DNA from: Nageia nagi
Taxonomy: Eukaryota; Plantae; Pinophyta
Direction: 5' to 3'
Length of the DNA stretch: 64,000 nucleotides
Assembly (NCBI GenBank): GCA_050084985.1
Contig: JBITNC010000001.1
Location: 199,392,001-199,456,000 of the forward strand
Shown here: one piece after another, positions 29,103 through 43,079 of the stretch
How the letters are laid out: every line of letters starts with the position of its first letter
How positions within the stretch are numbered: the first letter of the stretch is position 1
Made by a program: the position numbers and the translations under genes
Notes under the pieces: generated by a model
Told to the model about the DNA's origin: nothing
The model's database searches: none
Seen by the model: only the letters and a program-made list of their open reading frames with translations

Positions 29103-29430
29103 GATAAGTGCACCATATGATATAAAATGATCCAAATGCACCAACATATGATATAAAATCATTCAAATGCACCATCATATGATATGAAATGATATAATTA
29201 CATCATATTGATTTAAAATGATGTTACTATACCATATGATATGAAATGATCCAAGTGCACGATATGATAAATGAAATTATCTAAGTACAACATATTGGTG
29301 TGAAACAATGCAATTGTACCATATGATATGAAATTCATCTAAGTACACCATACAATCTAAAATAATCCAAATGTGATATATGATATGAAATTATCTAAGT
29401 ACATCATATGATATGAAATTATTCAAATAT
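29103..29430. repeat. Minisatellite, ~28-bp unit ATCCAAGTGCACCATATGATATGAAATG, about 11 copies
   Basis: Head-to-tail divergent copies with no unique spacers. Confidence 0.85.
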
Positions 29431-29479
29431 GCTCTATCATTTCAATTATTACTTAAATGATTCAAATATTTTCTACAGT

Positions 29480-32070
29480 ACTACTACCACAATATTCAAT
29501 TTACAAGCACCAAGTAGACACATCCAAAACCAAGAAGCATTTTTTGAAAATTTAAAATGGAACATAAAACTTGATATACATGTATGAAAAATGTGGAAGA
29601 TGCATGATACAAACATAGTTTCATACTTAGATTTATGGGTTGAACAATTGGTTTCCTTCTCCAAGCCATTTTTAGATCATATGTTATATTTAAATCATTT
29701 CATTTCATATCATAATTTATTTTGTAAAAATGTTCTCATACAAGCTCGGATGTAGACCTCAAATTATGTAAAATATGAATATACATAATAAATAAAATGA
29801 TCTACAATATAAGAAGAGCTAGATATGTACACTATATCAGATATAATAAATATAGATGAAAATCATGCACCTGATATGAAGTGTATGTACAATCTTGAAA
29901 AGAAAATAGCAATGAATATTCAAAGAATTAGGATCATATTGGAGGTGAGCTCGTAATGGATCTTTGTATGTATGAATCAATAGCCTCAGACACCAAAATT
30001 TGAAACCCTCAATCCTCAAGATGCACGTCATTAACAATGTTGAATATGTAGAAGTATGAAGTGTTTCAAAGATAAATTTTTTTAGATCTCATAGAATAAC
30101 AATATCTCATAATATATGGCATCAAGAGACACTATTTCTTGATGAAGATTGTGGTAGATAACCACCTATCAAAGATCTTGTCATATCAAAGAGTTTTGAT
30201 TTGTGGAGGTCAACCTATTCCACTCACATATATAGCCTACAAAGACATAGAGAGGAGTGAAATCCAACCTCTAGAAATAACATAATCATTATTGTAGTCA
30301 AGATACTTTAAAATATGAAACTTGATAAATAATATAGCATTTAATATAACACATGATATTGCATTGTTATATAAACTTTATCTTGACATTTATAATATTG
30401 CAAAAAGTCATTTAGGAAGTCTAAATATGATTTATTAAATAAATAATAAATTATTTTTAGACATTTATGTAGGCAATGAAAGATCCCATAAGTGATAAGT
30501 GATATAGGAAAAGGCATGGGGTACAGGAGAGGAGAGGCAAGACGAGGCAATCGTAACTATACCATATGACATGAAATGATTTTTCCCTAGGCATAGATGA
30601 AAAAAAAAATACTTTATACCATGTCTAATAGGTAATTCTTAAGATAGCCTACACGAGCTACAATATTTGATTTACAAGCACCAAGTACACATGTACACAC
30701 CCAATTCAAGTTTTATGGATATTTTGGCAGTGAAGTTCAAAACTTCCTCAAGATAGCCTACACATTCAAGTAGATCAATAATTCATGTATAATGATTAAT
30801 ATTATGATTATAGGATATGCAAAAAATGAAATATTGTAAATACTTTTAAACATATACAATTGTCAAGTATAAACCTGGGTACATGATGAAATAGTATACT
30901 TTACAAAAGTATCAAAAACTAGTCCAAAAGTGGTAAGTTGGCAAAAACATGCTTGTAATACTTAGCAAATATTCACCTAGAAATTTAAATGTTATTTTGT
31001 CGTACCTCCATAATAAGCACAATAAGATATTTTTTCCCCAGGATAACCTGTTCAAACTTTCATGAATTAGATAATTCAAGGGTAGCTACATTTAGAAGTT
31101 CTCAATATATGTATTGTTGTTATACTTTAGTATTGTTCACAATATTATCACACAACCAACTTGGGTGCTTTAAACATATGATATGAAATGGTCCAAGACC
31201 ACCATATGATAAGAATTATGGACTTTTAAGTAGATGCATGATGCAAGGCCTGGGAATTATTTGAAAAAATGCATGATGCAAGGCCTGGGAATTATTTGAA
31301 AAGATGCATGATGCAAAACACAATTTCATTGTTTGAAATGATTGCAAGATACCTACTACAAAATAACATGTATGCAAAATTATATGTAATGTAAAATGTG
31401 GAATAATACCTACTACATGGACACCTCTACTCACCTTCTTAGTCATGCATCCTATCTTGAATAAGCTCAATAAGATTCAAATATGCTCTACAAGCATTAA
31501 GCAGATACATTTTGATATAGGAGAACCAAGTAGATACATCCACACACACACCAAGTAGCATATTTTGAAAAAAAAATGAAATGGAACATAAAATTTGATA
31601 AACATGAATACAAAATGTGCATGATGCATGATGCAAACATAGTATCATGGATTGCAATGGTTGGAGGAAATGCAATTCATGGCTATAGCAAGGATACATT
31701 TAAACTATGATATAATGAACCACTTAGGAACCACATATTTTTTTATGTTTGGATAAGTATTGCAAGCATGTTTTTGCTAACTTATCACTTTCAGACTGAT
31801 TTTTTGCACTTGGAAAATTATTGGGTTGAATAGTTATTTTCCTTCTCCAAGCCAATTTTTGGAGGATATATTTTATTTAAATAATTTCATATCACATCAT
31901 ATAGTGAAAAAAAAAATCATATCACATCATATGGTGTATTTTGGTACTGAATTTCAAATCTCCCTCAAGATAGCTTACATAGCCAAGAAGGTCAACAATA
32001 CATGTATAATGATTAATCCTATGATTGTAGGATATGCAATTCATGGCTATAACAAGGATATACAATTCAT
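29480..32070. pseudogene. Scrambled PLS-PPR fragments in both orientations (left arm of CACTA)
   Basis: Sense pieces (MY.KC, MHD.NIVS(W), MI.GYA.HG) at ~29570-29625, 31230-31350, 31595-31700 and 32020-32060. Antisense E-motif pieces at ~29485-29530, 30636-30765 and 31950-31980. Confidence 0.7.
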
Positions 32071-32399
32071 GTGATGTATTTAATTCATTTCATATCACAT
32101 ATCATAATTTAAATATAAGCATAATAAGATTCAAATATGCTCCAAAATTATGCTCAAATGATTTAAATATGCTCTATAGTTTCACATATTGCTCAAATAT
32201 TTCAAATATGTTCAATAGTATTGCTACAACATCTCATATTTTAACATAGGAAAAAAACTTCTTCTTTGGGCTAGGAAATAAATGAGCCACATATATTTTC
32301 TTGTAATATTTCACAATCACCACACGGTCTATACAACTTAACACCCACTTTTCAAATAACCCTCACACTGAATTTAAAAGAATTTGGACCCAAAGATAC

Positions 32400-35300
32400 A
32401 TAATGCACCCTATCCTTAGGGTTTCACTGAAATATATGGATTTGAACACTAGATGATTATTCGTAGTCAGTAAGTAGGATTTTCTATCATAATTGGAAGT
32501 CGATGTCGTTTACAATCCCCACATATAAATGTGATAGCCTATATAAATACACTACATAGCATGTAATTCCATAGTTTTATACTTGAGATAATAATGATCA
32601 TACCATATAAGGTAAGCTTTGGTTAGCACCTACAAAGTTACTATTTGTGCTTTGATAGACTTGGGTATCATGTTTTGCATTAGCCTTTGGAATTATGTAC
32701 AAGCAATCATTACAATTTAGAGGTGTAATATATAAGCATTTCAAATATGAAATCATGAAAAAATTGACACACCTCTAGTTGTGAAACTTGGAGTTTCACA
32801 TAGTGCATATTTTTCTTATACTCTTACCTAAAAGTTATAATTTTTTCCTCCATTATCTCTTCAAGTATTTTCCTTATTTTTTCTAATTCGTTATTCATAT
32901 GATAAATTTCTATCTTACAACCATCGATAGCAATCATAACAGTTAGTGATACATATTTGCTAATGCCCTAAACTCAACTTACTCTTTCAGGTCATAAAAC
33001 ATGGGTAAGGGCATCATCCATAATATCTTAATTTATGGAGCTCAACCCAACATATGATATTTCATCATTCTGGTAACATAACATAAATAGTTAACTTGGA
33101 ATATGTTAGAAAAATAATTAATAAAATAATTGTTTGAAGTTAATATTTGCAAGAGAATTATGATTTTTGAAGTAACTTCTAGTGACACAAAAAGCCATCA
33201 TTTTTTTTATAAGCTGACAACCACACAGATACCCTCGGTAGAGGAAGATCTACATTTTGTTGGCTCTACCTCTACAAGATACATAGTTGGAGAGATATGA
33301 GGATAAATCATATGATAAAACAATATAGCATAATGGATGAGTATGATAGAATACCATTTCATACTCCAATTGAGTATATATTTTTCAACTAATAGTATGC
33401 ATGACATGTTGTTGATATTATGACCCTCCCCTTAAGACTATTTTATGCATTTGGAATAGTGTTTTGATAAGTACATTTGTGTTTGAAATATGCTTATGAG
33501 ATCATTTGTTTATATATTATTTAATTATTATGAATGTTTATTACATATATTCTTATGAATTTGATATTGATTGGAATTGATGTGTTTACAAGAATGGGTG
33601 CCCAAGTGAGTGAGTCCCTTGATTGGATGTAAATTGGACATAATGATTATGCCTCATCCTACAAGGTAAATTTGAATGCATTTAGGCATTTTATTATGTT
33701 ATGTGATTGAGAGAGAGGAGGTTGAAATAGAGCTCTATTTTCCCATATGTTGCATGGTTGTGTGCTTGAGAAAAATGCTTTACCATTGTTTGGTTATTTT
33801 CTTTGGATTTGCAAAATAAATAAATATATATATATAATATCTACATGTATTAATGTTTAGATATTCAATTGTTTTAAAAGGATAATTAAGTATCTATAAT
33901 ATATAATGTATTTTATATTTATCTAAAATTAAGTTTTTAAATAAATTACTAAAACCTAGAGTTAAAATAGTTGTTCTAGTTTTATGTTCTTGTGGTTTTT
34001 AGAGTTGATTTTTGAAACTACAACCTTGTTAGGTTTTTGCAACTACAAAATATTTCTCTTCTTAATACTAGTTTGTTTGGGTTTTTAAAATGCTTTTTGG
34101 GATTACATACTTATTATATTTGGAATTGGGATTGCATATATTGGGTGAGATAACTTTAGATCTTGCAAACTATAGGTGCTCTTTGTGCATGTTAGTTTTA
34201 TTTGCTTTAAGAAAAGAAACTAAATTTTATTGTTGCAAGAACTCTAAAAATAGAAATGGTTCTGGGTAGTAATATTCTTTAGAAATAGTTTACCTTTTTC
34301 AATTAGAAATGCATTTTGGATTTAGATAAATTCCTTTGAGATAGAATCTAAATTATAAACCAAACACCAAAATGGAAAATAGATTTTGGGTTTTATTTAC
34401 AAAAAAGTCATATTTTTTAATTGAGATGCAAGTTGTTAGTTTTTCTTTTTGGAAAAACAATCTAGGTTATACACCAAAGTATAAGCATTTAGTTAGAAAA
34501 TACATTTTGGGTTTTAGTTATTTCCAAAATTGCTTTTTGATTGAATTCATGAGTTTGAAATGAAATGGGGGATTTTAGGTGTTTTTGCTCTTGGAAAAGA
34601 ACCCAGTAATATGTAAAATAATGGCTCATGTAAAGTTTTTACAATCTTCTCCCCTAAAATTTATATTTCAAGCTAAGAAAAGTTATAATTAAATTTGTTA
34701 AATTTTAGGAAAATAGGTTGTTCTATATTTTTGTTAAACTCAGATTTTAATTCTGAGTTATTGTATGTTTATTAGATTGATTATATGTTGTATGTGTTTT
34801 TATTAAAACATATATATTTATGAAGTAATTCATTTATATATATATAAACACCCAATTAGCATGAGTAGGATGGATAAGGGGAAGGGGGCAATGCAGCTTG
34901 CATTCAACCCCACCTTACCCCTTTAGGTTGTTGTGGCAAAGCATGGCACACACCAACCCCCTCCCCACACTTTGTTGTTATGTAGTGGGGGTGAGGGAGC
35001 TAGAGGCATGTGGTGCCAGCCCCTTCCATATCTAATTTTTAAATAAAAATAATAGTAAATACTAAAAAAAATATTTAAATAAAATAATGTATATATATAA
35101 TATATATTATATTATATATGATTAAATATTTAATTCTATATATATTATGAAATTATATGTTTTAATTTATAAGGTAGTTAAAAATTGAAAAACATGTCTA
35201 TTTTTGGAAATCAACGAAAAGATGAATGTGTTTACCTTGTATTATTATTTGCATAGATAAGTAAATGGAAATTTAAGTTTATGATTTATCTATGATAGAC

Positions 35301-38010
35301 TTTGCAATTATGAATATCAAGAAAGGATGTGCATTGTTATTAAGCTAAGAAGGGAAATTCTTAGTATGAAATTGTCTTATATTACTTGTTGCATTAAGTT
35401 GAAATGTTAATAAGATGCATTTAGAACTCAAAAGAAGTGTTGATCTGATCCATTAAAGTTTACATCCATAATAGAGGATCACCTTCCACTTGAAAAGGAA
35501 TGATCAAACTCAATAAGGAAAGCAAGTAATTTTTATGACTTTATAAACTCATTTGAAAATACTCAAATAAGAAAGATGTAATAAATGGTGTAAATTTGAT
35601 TATGGTAAATGGTTGTAAGAGGCTATCTTGTTTTAATTTTGGATCAAATGAATACGAATTTGAATTGCATTTGTGAATGATTTAAAGAATTGGAAATTAG
35701 ATAGTGTATGAATTTAGTTTCCTTTTCTTAACTTTTGGAATGGATTTATTTTTATTGAAATAAATATAATAAGTGTTTGTCATTTAAACCTTAGACAAAG
35801 TTATCTAGAATTCAATTTGTTAATTCATAAGATAGTGAATTCTAGAAAATGATAAAATAATTTAAATTGGTAGAATCTTTCAAATAATTATTTAAGAATT
35901 ATAAATTAAAACTGTAAATCTCATACATAGCCCAAACTCATACTTGAAATGATTGAGCTCCATTTCGTAGTTTTGGAGTATGGGTTCTGGAAAATCTTAT
36001 AGTAGGATCTACATCAAGTGGATAACATTTCACCATAAGTACAAAACTAAAATAAAATATCTTTAGATGTTTCAAAAAACTTAGAAAAAAGAATAAATTC
36101 TAGTTCCATCACAAGTCCATAAACACTTAGCTAAGAAATAACAAGAAGGTTATTTTTGGTGATGGTAATAATTACAGGAATTATGGGTAGGTAATTGCTA
36201 CATGGCTTAAATTATGATCCTTTACGAGTAATATGGGTAGGTAAAGGTACTTCAGTTAGTCTTAGGGTAGTGAGATTAACATTGACTTCAAATCATAGGA
36301 GGTGATAAGAAGTTGATTCACTTGGCTTATGCTTAGGATCACTTCATGGGGTAGCATGATTGATGATCAAGAAATGTGTGTCCCTTCTTAGGAGTATGGT
36401 CCCTAAAAAGAACCCAAACATCATGAATGGTATAGGGTAGTTCTATCATGGGGTATGTTAGAACTACAAGCGAAGTTAATCAAACGTGGGAGATGTTTGA
36501 ATAAATAGCAACCATATGAATTGGAACTTATGGGGTTTGATCATCCTCGTCCACTTAAGGGTCATCTACAGTTACTAACTTAAACTCAAATGTGGAAATT
36601 CCATAGCCTATTTTAATAAATGAATTTAAGTGTGAATATGGATATGTACAAAAAATAATTGTACTATCTTTTAGGTAGAATTAGATGGATATTTCAGTTG
36701 AGATCTATTTTTTTTATTATTTTTCCTAGTCATCTACAATGTAACTAAGGAAATAATATAGTAATTCATTAGGGAGATAAAGATAATATGAATGGTAAAG
36801 ATTCACTACAAGGGACCAACAATGGACTCAAGGGGTAATTTTTGTTTGATAATTCAACAAACAAAAATTACCAAGAACAAAGAATTTTGCCAACAATGCA
36901 ATTTTCTATTATCTCGAATCTACATTGTCTCCTCCAAGAGGATTACAATACCTTTATATCCAAATTCCACCTCCAATTCTACCTAATGGAACATACTAAA
37001 AATAGTAAGTTTTTATTGCACCTAGAAAAATTAGCTTATTATTTTTAGAAAGTCTACAAAATAGCTTGGATGAGTTTTGAATTGGAATCATGCATTTGTT
37101 ACACAATAACTACCCCATTTCTAAAATAACATCACTAAACTGATACTCTTATTAGAAAATATTAAAAAACTAACACTTTCAAAAATTGGCAAATAAATTT
37201 GCGTGCTAAATTTGGGGTCCAAGATGAAGTCTTTAGGTCTCAAAAAATGGTCCAAAAAATTCCAGGTGATTTGAAAAAAATAAGCCCCAATGGGCACCTA
37301 GATCAAAAGTTATAGCCCCAGCAAGGTGACACAAGATTTTAGTCTCAATAAAGTACATCAATGAAAAACTCACATGAACATAACAATGATATGAACTACC
37401 ATCATAAAATGGCTAGTACTTGCCTCAAAGTTATTGTTGCTTCTACTTTTCAAAAAGGCTTCCTAATCTTGTACTAGTATATGAGGTGGGGGTTAGCAAT
37501 TATGTATTCATCATTTTCATACTTATCATAATGCAATTTCACTAGTCAATATTTATTATCACCCAATAATTTGTCAATGTTCATCATCATCCATTTCTTT
37601 ATGTTTTCTAAAGCATTACACTTTTGCTACATGAAACTATTATCTTATTAGACTACAACATTTACATAAGTATTCAAAAATGGATACTATGAAATATGTT
37701 GGCTAGTAAGTCACCTTAACCATTGCACAACACTTATTTTTAACATATTTTGGGATTTCCTTCAAGTCTCTATAGCTGATAAGGATAAACTCCCTCGCTA
37801 TTACCTCCAAAAATGATGAAAAGTGCTTGGCATTATTTTCAATGGGTTGTCCAAATAGATTGGTCCTGATCTTCATCATATTTTTGTTGCTCCCCTTGAG
37901 TGCTAATCTTATGGGACCTCTAATTTTATGATGTGATAGTGTGGAATCAACATGCATATCAACATTGTCACCCTCATTGCACAAAGCATTATCACCTTCA
38001 TTTCCCAAAG
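32400..38010 (-). pseudogene. CACTA TnpA-like (Ptta/En/Spm, Transposase_24) gene remnant, interrupted at ~33410-37350
   Basis: IRTNLFGQPIENNAKHFSSFLEVIAREFILISYRDLKEIP (ORF 37703-38008). Next exon KWMMMNIDKL..HYDKYENDE (~37430-37626). DDALTHVL*PERVS*V*GISK (~32957-33019) matches DxLxxVLGPExxGRVRGxG. Confidence 0.75.
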
Positions 38011-38145
38011 CATTATCATCTTAATTTCCTAGAGCATTGTCACCCTCATTGCCCAAAGCATTCTCACCCTCATTTCCCATAGCATCGTTAAACTAATTAC
38101 CAAAATCATCATCAAATTCATTTTCAAAAGTATTATCATTTATAA
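37960..38145. repeat. 24-bp tandem repeat (8-codon NEGDNALG-like unit on minus strand)
   Basis: AGCATT(A/G)TCACC(C/T)TCATT(G/T)CC.AA repeated about 7 times. Confidence 0.75.
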
Positions 38146-39149
38146 CAATATCCCCATTTGATTCAATGATGTTTTTTTATTTTTATTAATTGGGTAAATT
38201 TTGTATTAATAAAAAGAAAGTGGATTTTTGAGAAGTTCTCCTAAACTTCAAACATAGATATCATAGGTTAACATTCCACCAAAAAAATTAAACAAGATAG
38301 GCACTAGCTTTTAGTGCTACACATAGGACTAGTTCTAACCTTTACACAAAAGGTGAAATTATCTACAAGAATAACTAGAAAGCAACAAACAAGGAAGCTA
38401 CTACTAAAGAAAGGAATGGAGATTGTAATGAAGAAGTTGACATATTTCTCTTAAAAAACTTATTTTCAAAATGAAGAGTTCTTTCCAATGGTCTCGTAAG
38501 TTGGGTTAGGTGCACCCACATATCGCATCGCTTCTATGAGCATTGTATTGTGGATTAACTTATCCACTAGCATTTTAACCACTTTTGTGCCTTTATCTTT
38601 GATATTTTCTTGATCAGGATTGTAATCACTTTATTCCATGGGCACATTATATTTACCTTATCCTTTGTATCTACCTCTTCCTTTATATTCTATTTTGTAC
38701 TCTATTATGGTTTGTTAATCAGATTGTGGGGTAATTCAATTTCATTTGATTTCCTTGCACATCTACTTCCCATATGTAATTTAGTATCTATTGTGTTCTT
38801 TTCTTGATTTGGGTTTGACTGAAGCTTTTCATAATCACTTTATTTCACATCGACCTTCATTGGAGACTCTGTAGGACTATCATTCAATTTCCATTCTATT
38901 GCATTTTATGATTCAATGATGTTATGACCTACATCTTTATCAACTTTGTCAACCTTGTAACTCTATCATATTGTAATGATTGAAATCATTAGTTTTTTTT
39001 ATACATCCCTTGATATTGGTTGCATTTTTATTTTTAAGTTTTTTTTTGGTACCTTCAATCATGGTAATTTCTAAGTACAAGCACATACCAACAAAGAGAA
39101 ATAAGTTTTTACACCAAATCTTTGTAAATACCTTGATAAGCATGTATGT

Positions 39150-39865
39150 AAAATATGGAAAAATACATAAGACCTGATAATTGTATAACAAGATGCATGC
39201 AAAGATATTTTCATGGAATGTAATGATTGTAGGATATGCATAAAATTAATTTTTTAAAAAGGCTTTATAAAATTTTAAGTAGATGAAATTATCAGATGTA
39301 AATCCAAACTATGTAACCTTTACTAGCATTCTTCAAGCATGTGCTACCATAGGAGCTCTAGAAGAAGATATGGACATCCATTAAAGAGCAGTTGAAAATG
39401 GTTTTGCATCAAATATTATGGTTATGAAATCTCTGATAGGCATGTATGCAAAATGTGGAAGAATACACAAGGCCTTATAATTATTTAACAAGATGCAAAG
39501 ATAGTTTCATAGAATACAATGACCACATGATATGCACAAAATTGATTTTCTAAAAAGCCTCTAGAGAATTTTAAGCAAATGCAATTGTTAGATGTAAAGC
39601 CAAAATTTGTAACCATTGCCAGCATTCTTCTAGCATGTGCCACCACAGGAGCTCTAAAAGAAGGTATAAACATCCATTAAAGAGTAGTTGAAAATAATTT
39701 TGTATTAAATGTTTTGATTTTGAAACCTATAAAATATGGAAGAATACACATGAACTGAGAATTATTTAATAAGATATAGATACAATTTCATGGAATGCAA
39801 TGATTGCATGATATGCATAAAATTGGTTCTCTAAAAAGGCTCTAGAGACTTTTAAGTAAATGTAA
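39150..39865 (+). pseudogene. PLS-class PPR gene fragment (about two P-L-S triplets, decayed)
   Basis: SWNVMIVGYA, FTSILQACATIGALEEDMDIH*RAVENGF..SLIGMYAKCGRIHKA..LFNKM, repeated as ASILLACATTGALKEGINIH. Confidence 0.9.
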
Positions 39866-40562
39866 TTGTGGTTATGTGTACTTGGTGCTTATAAATCGAA
39901 TGTTATGATTTTTGCAGGCTATCTTGAGGGAGCTTTGAACTTCACTACCAAAATACACATAAACCCTAAATTAGGTGTGTGGCTATGTGTACTTGTTGTT
40001 TGTAAATTGAATGTTATGGTTTGTGTAGGCTATTTTGAGGGAGCTTTGAAATTCATTGCCAAAATAACCATAAACCTTGAATTAGGTATGTGGATGTGTA
40101 CTTGGTGATTGTAAATTGAATGTTGTGGTTTGTACAAGCTATCTTGATGAAGATTTGAACTTCATTGCCAAAATACCCATAAACCCTGAATCGAATGTAT
40201 GGAAGTGTCTACTTGGTTCTTGTAAATCAAATGTTATGGTTCATGTAGGCTATCTTGAGGAAGCTTTGAAATTCACTACCAAAATACCCATGAACCTTAA
40301 ATTAGGTGTGTGGAAGTGTTTAGTTGATGCTTGTAAATCAAATGTTGTGCTTCATGCAGGCTATCTTGAGGAAGATTTGAACTTCACTGCCAAAATACCC
40401 ATAAACCTTGAATTAGGTATGTGTAAGTATCTACTTGGTGCTTGTAAATCAAATGTCATGATCCTTATAAGCTATCTTGAGGAAGCTTTGAACTTAACTA
40501 CCAAAATACCCATAAACCATTAATTGGATGTTTACATGTGACTACTTGGTACTTGTAAATAG
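39866..40562 (+). repeat. 111-bp (37-codon) tandem array derived from PPR S2/E motif, about 6.3 copies
   Basis: Equivalent positions at 39881, 39992, 40101, 40212, 40323, 40434 and 40545. Translation AGYLEEALNF..KIPINxELGVWxCLLGACKSNV (ORFs 39866-40108 and 40116-40523). Confidence 0.92.
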
Positions 40563-40905
40563 AGTATTATGGTTATGAATGTTCTCATACATAAGAATCG
40601 ATATTTGTTTAACAAGATGCATAACGTAAACATAGCTTCATAGTCTGCAATGATTGCACAATACAATAAAATGATTTTTTTAAAAATTAAAGGCTCATAT
40701 ATACATAAAAAATATGTAAGAATAATAAAAAACTCGATATTTGTTTGAAAAGATGCATGATGTAATGATTGCCTGATATACAAAATGGGTTTTCTAAAAA
40801 TTAAAGACACATAAAACATATGGAAGAATAACACAAGACCCAAGATTTGTTTGATAAGATGCATGATGAAAATATAGTTTCATAGTCTGCAATGATTATA
40901 AGATT
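40563..40905 (+). pseudogene. Further repeated PPR S/P-motif fragments
   Basis: Three repeats of ..LF.KMH..NI.S(W).AMIA at ~40600, 40740 and 40845. Confidence 0.75.
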
Positions 40906-43079
40906 CAAAATGCAGAAAAATACAAAGCATAAACATTCAAAATGCAAAATAATACAAGCTCATGGATGAAGAATACAAGGTTATGAAGTGAAATACTTGC
41001 TACCATCTTGTCTTCCAATGTCCCCCCTCGTCTTGCCTTTGGTCTCGCCTCCTCTCCTTTCATAATCCCAAATGCCCCTCTCTTCTTACAACCCCCTCAT
41101 CTCAAAAAACTTGAAATGGTAAGAACATTCCTCTCCTATCGCAATAAAAAATGACCCTCTCTTCATCCAATCACCTCAGCTCAAAAAACTCAAAATGATG
41201 AGAACATTCCAAGTGCACTTAAGCTCCCTGTGCATGTCTTTTTTGTTTTTTTTTTCATTTTTGCTAAGGGGTGGGTTTTCACTACCTCATTAATTTTTTG
41301 GGGGCAATTTATACAACCATCACTTAAAATTAAAATTAGGGCAATTAAAAATTGCTACCCATAAATCACCTCAAATTACTTGCCTTCAATGCCCTTTTTT
41401 GGTCTAATGTTAGTTCTTAATTTTGCACTCATAAGTTTCTTTTTGAGACTAATAATATTATGTGGATACGAAGGATGCTCAAGTTTTGGATTAATGGTAT
41501 TTTAATACTAAGATAGTTTTATTTTATCTTTGATGTTATCATCACTCCCAAAATTTGAATTACTTTATTTGCAATTTGTGCTTCTAATTTATCACTTACA
41601 GAAGCGGTTATGTTTTTGTGTAAGCCCTAAAAATTAGCTACTTGTCAAAGTCTTTTAGCCAACCTCTTTTAAGAAATTGATGAGTTGAATAAGCTTGTTG
41701 GGTGACTACAAACAATCTAAGTTGATCTAACTTTGTTAGCTTATAATTGTATAATATATCATTTTAAAGCTTCACTTTCAATAGGAAGTAGACCAACTTC
41801 CATGAGAAGGATAGATATGGTGTGTTATTCTTAACTTTGAAATTATAAAAGATAAATTTGTTTAGTTTTATTCCAAATTTGTTGGGAAACACTTCCATCC
41901 TAAACTTCACAACCATAAAGTAATATCAAAGTTACAAGGCAAGAGAAAAGAGTTTTCTTTTTATCCCAATTCCAAAGTCCTAGATTTTTACATTTATTTT
42001 CTAAACCATAAAGGACTTTCCATCCAACATGGATTCTTTTTTCAACACTTAAATTCTAATTTAATTTGTGATTTATATCGATACCCAAGTATTTATAAGA
42101 GTGGACTATCTTTAAGGGTTGATTATTAAAAAGGATTGTGGGGTGGATAATAAATAGCATTTAGAGTTACAATTACAATTATAATTAAATTTACAATTTT
42201 GAATTGAATAACAAATTTGACATTTGTTTAAGATTAAAAAAAGGTTACAAATTTATCTTTTTCCTCCTTCATAAGCATCACCATTCTAACATACCCTTAT
42301 GAACCTGAACTTTGACTTCCTTAATTATTCTCACAACTTTATCTTTTTAATTTGTAAAGAAAGAATTTGAATTGAATATCATTAATCTTAGTAGAAGATA
42401 TTCATTTGAAACATATCAAATAAAAAAATCATTACAAATACCTTAAATCATGATAATGTTATATGATAAACTAATTTAATATTTTTTATATTTAAACCTT
42501 CTTTTTTATTTATTTCAAATGAACCATATCAGCAATACATAACCATTAAACTAAAAACGTTATTTATTTTAAAGGACCCACATAGATGTTACAAAATAAT
42601 CAAATCATAGGAAGAGTGTTGAGTTTTGAACTTAAACTTCAAGCATAACTTTTTAATATATTTATCTTAAATGGGACAACACAATAGTTCAAGCTTTGAT
42701 TCTTCTATAGGTTTCAAGTTTGAATCTTTGGATGGTTGTTCCAACATGTTGTAATTTGGTTATGATGTGTCTATCATTGTACTTTCCATCCACATTTTCC
42801 ATGTAGGTGGAGGAGACATTAAAAGTTTACCTTATTGGTGACTATAAGGGATTCTTAGAACAATTTGCCTCATGACTAAACCCAACAAAACTTTTCAAAA
42901 TATATATAATTTCTTGTATAGACAAATGAATGTTAAAACTTTTAAATTGAAAAAAGAAGATCTAAGATTCTAATCTCTTCTCCTTCGCATATTTTGAATA
43001 TGCTGAACTCAATCAATAATTTAACTTTCAAATAATTTTAATGAAAGAAAACACAACGAAATCTAATTCTATAATTTCC

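Noticed and set aside
29103-29430. CRISPR-like ~28-bp repeat array
   Set aside because: Units are head-to-tail without unique spacers, there are no cas genes, and the context is eukaryotic; it is a minisatellite.
38520-38571. Helitron 3' end (GTGGAT-N6-ATCCAC hairpin plus CTAG)
   Set aside because: The hairpin overlaps the CTAG instead of lying upstream of it, the next base is not T, and no 5' TC end or Rep/Hel remnant was identified.
39150-40905. Functional PPR gene
   Set aside because: Multiple stops and frameshifts, no targeting peptide or DYW domain, and it lies inside transposon TIRs.
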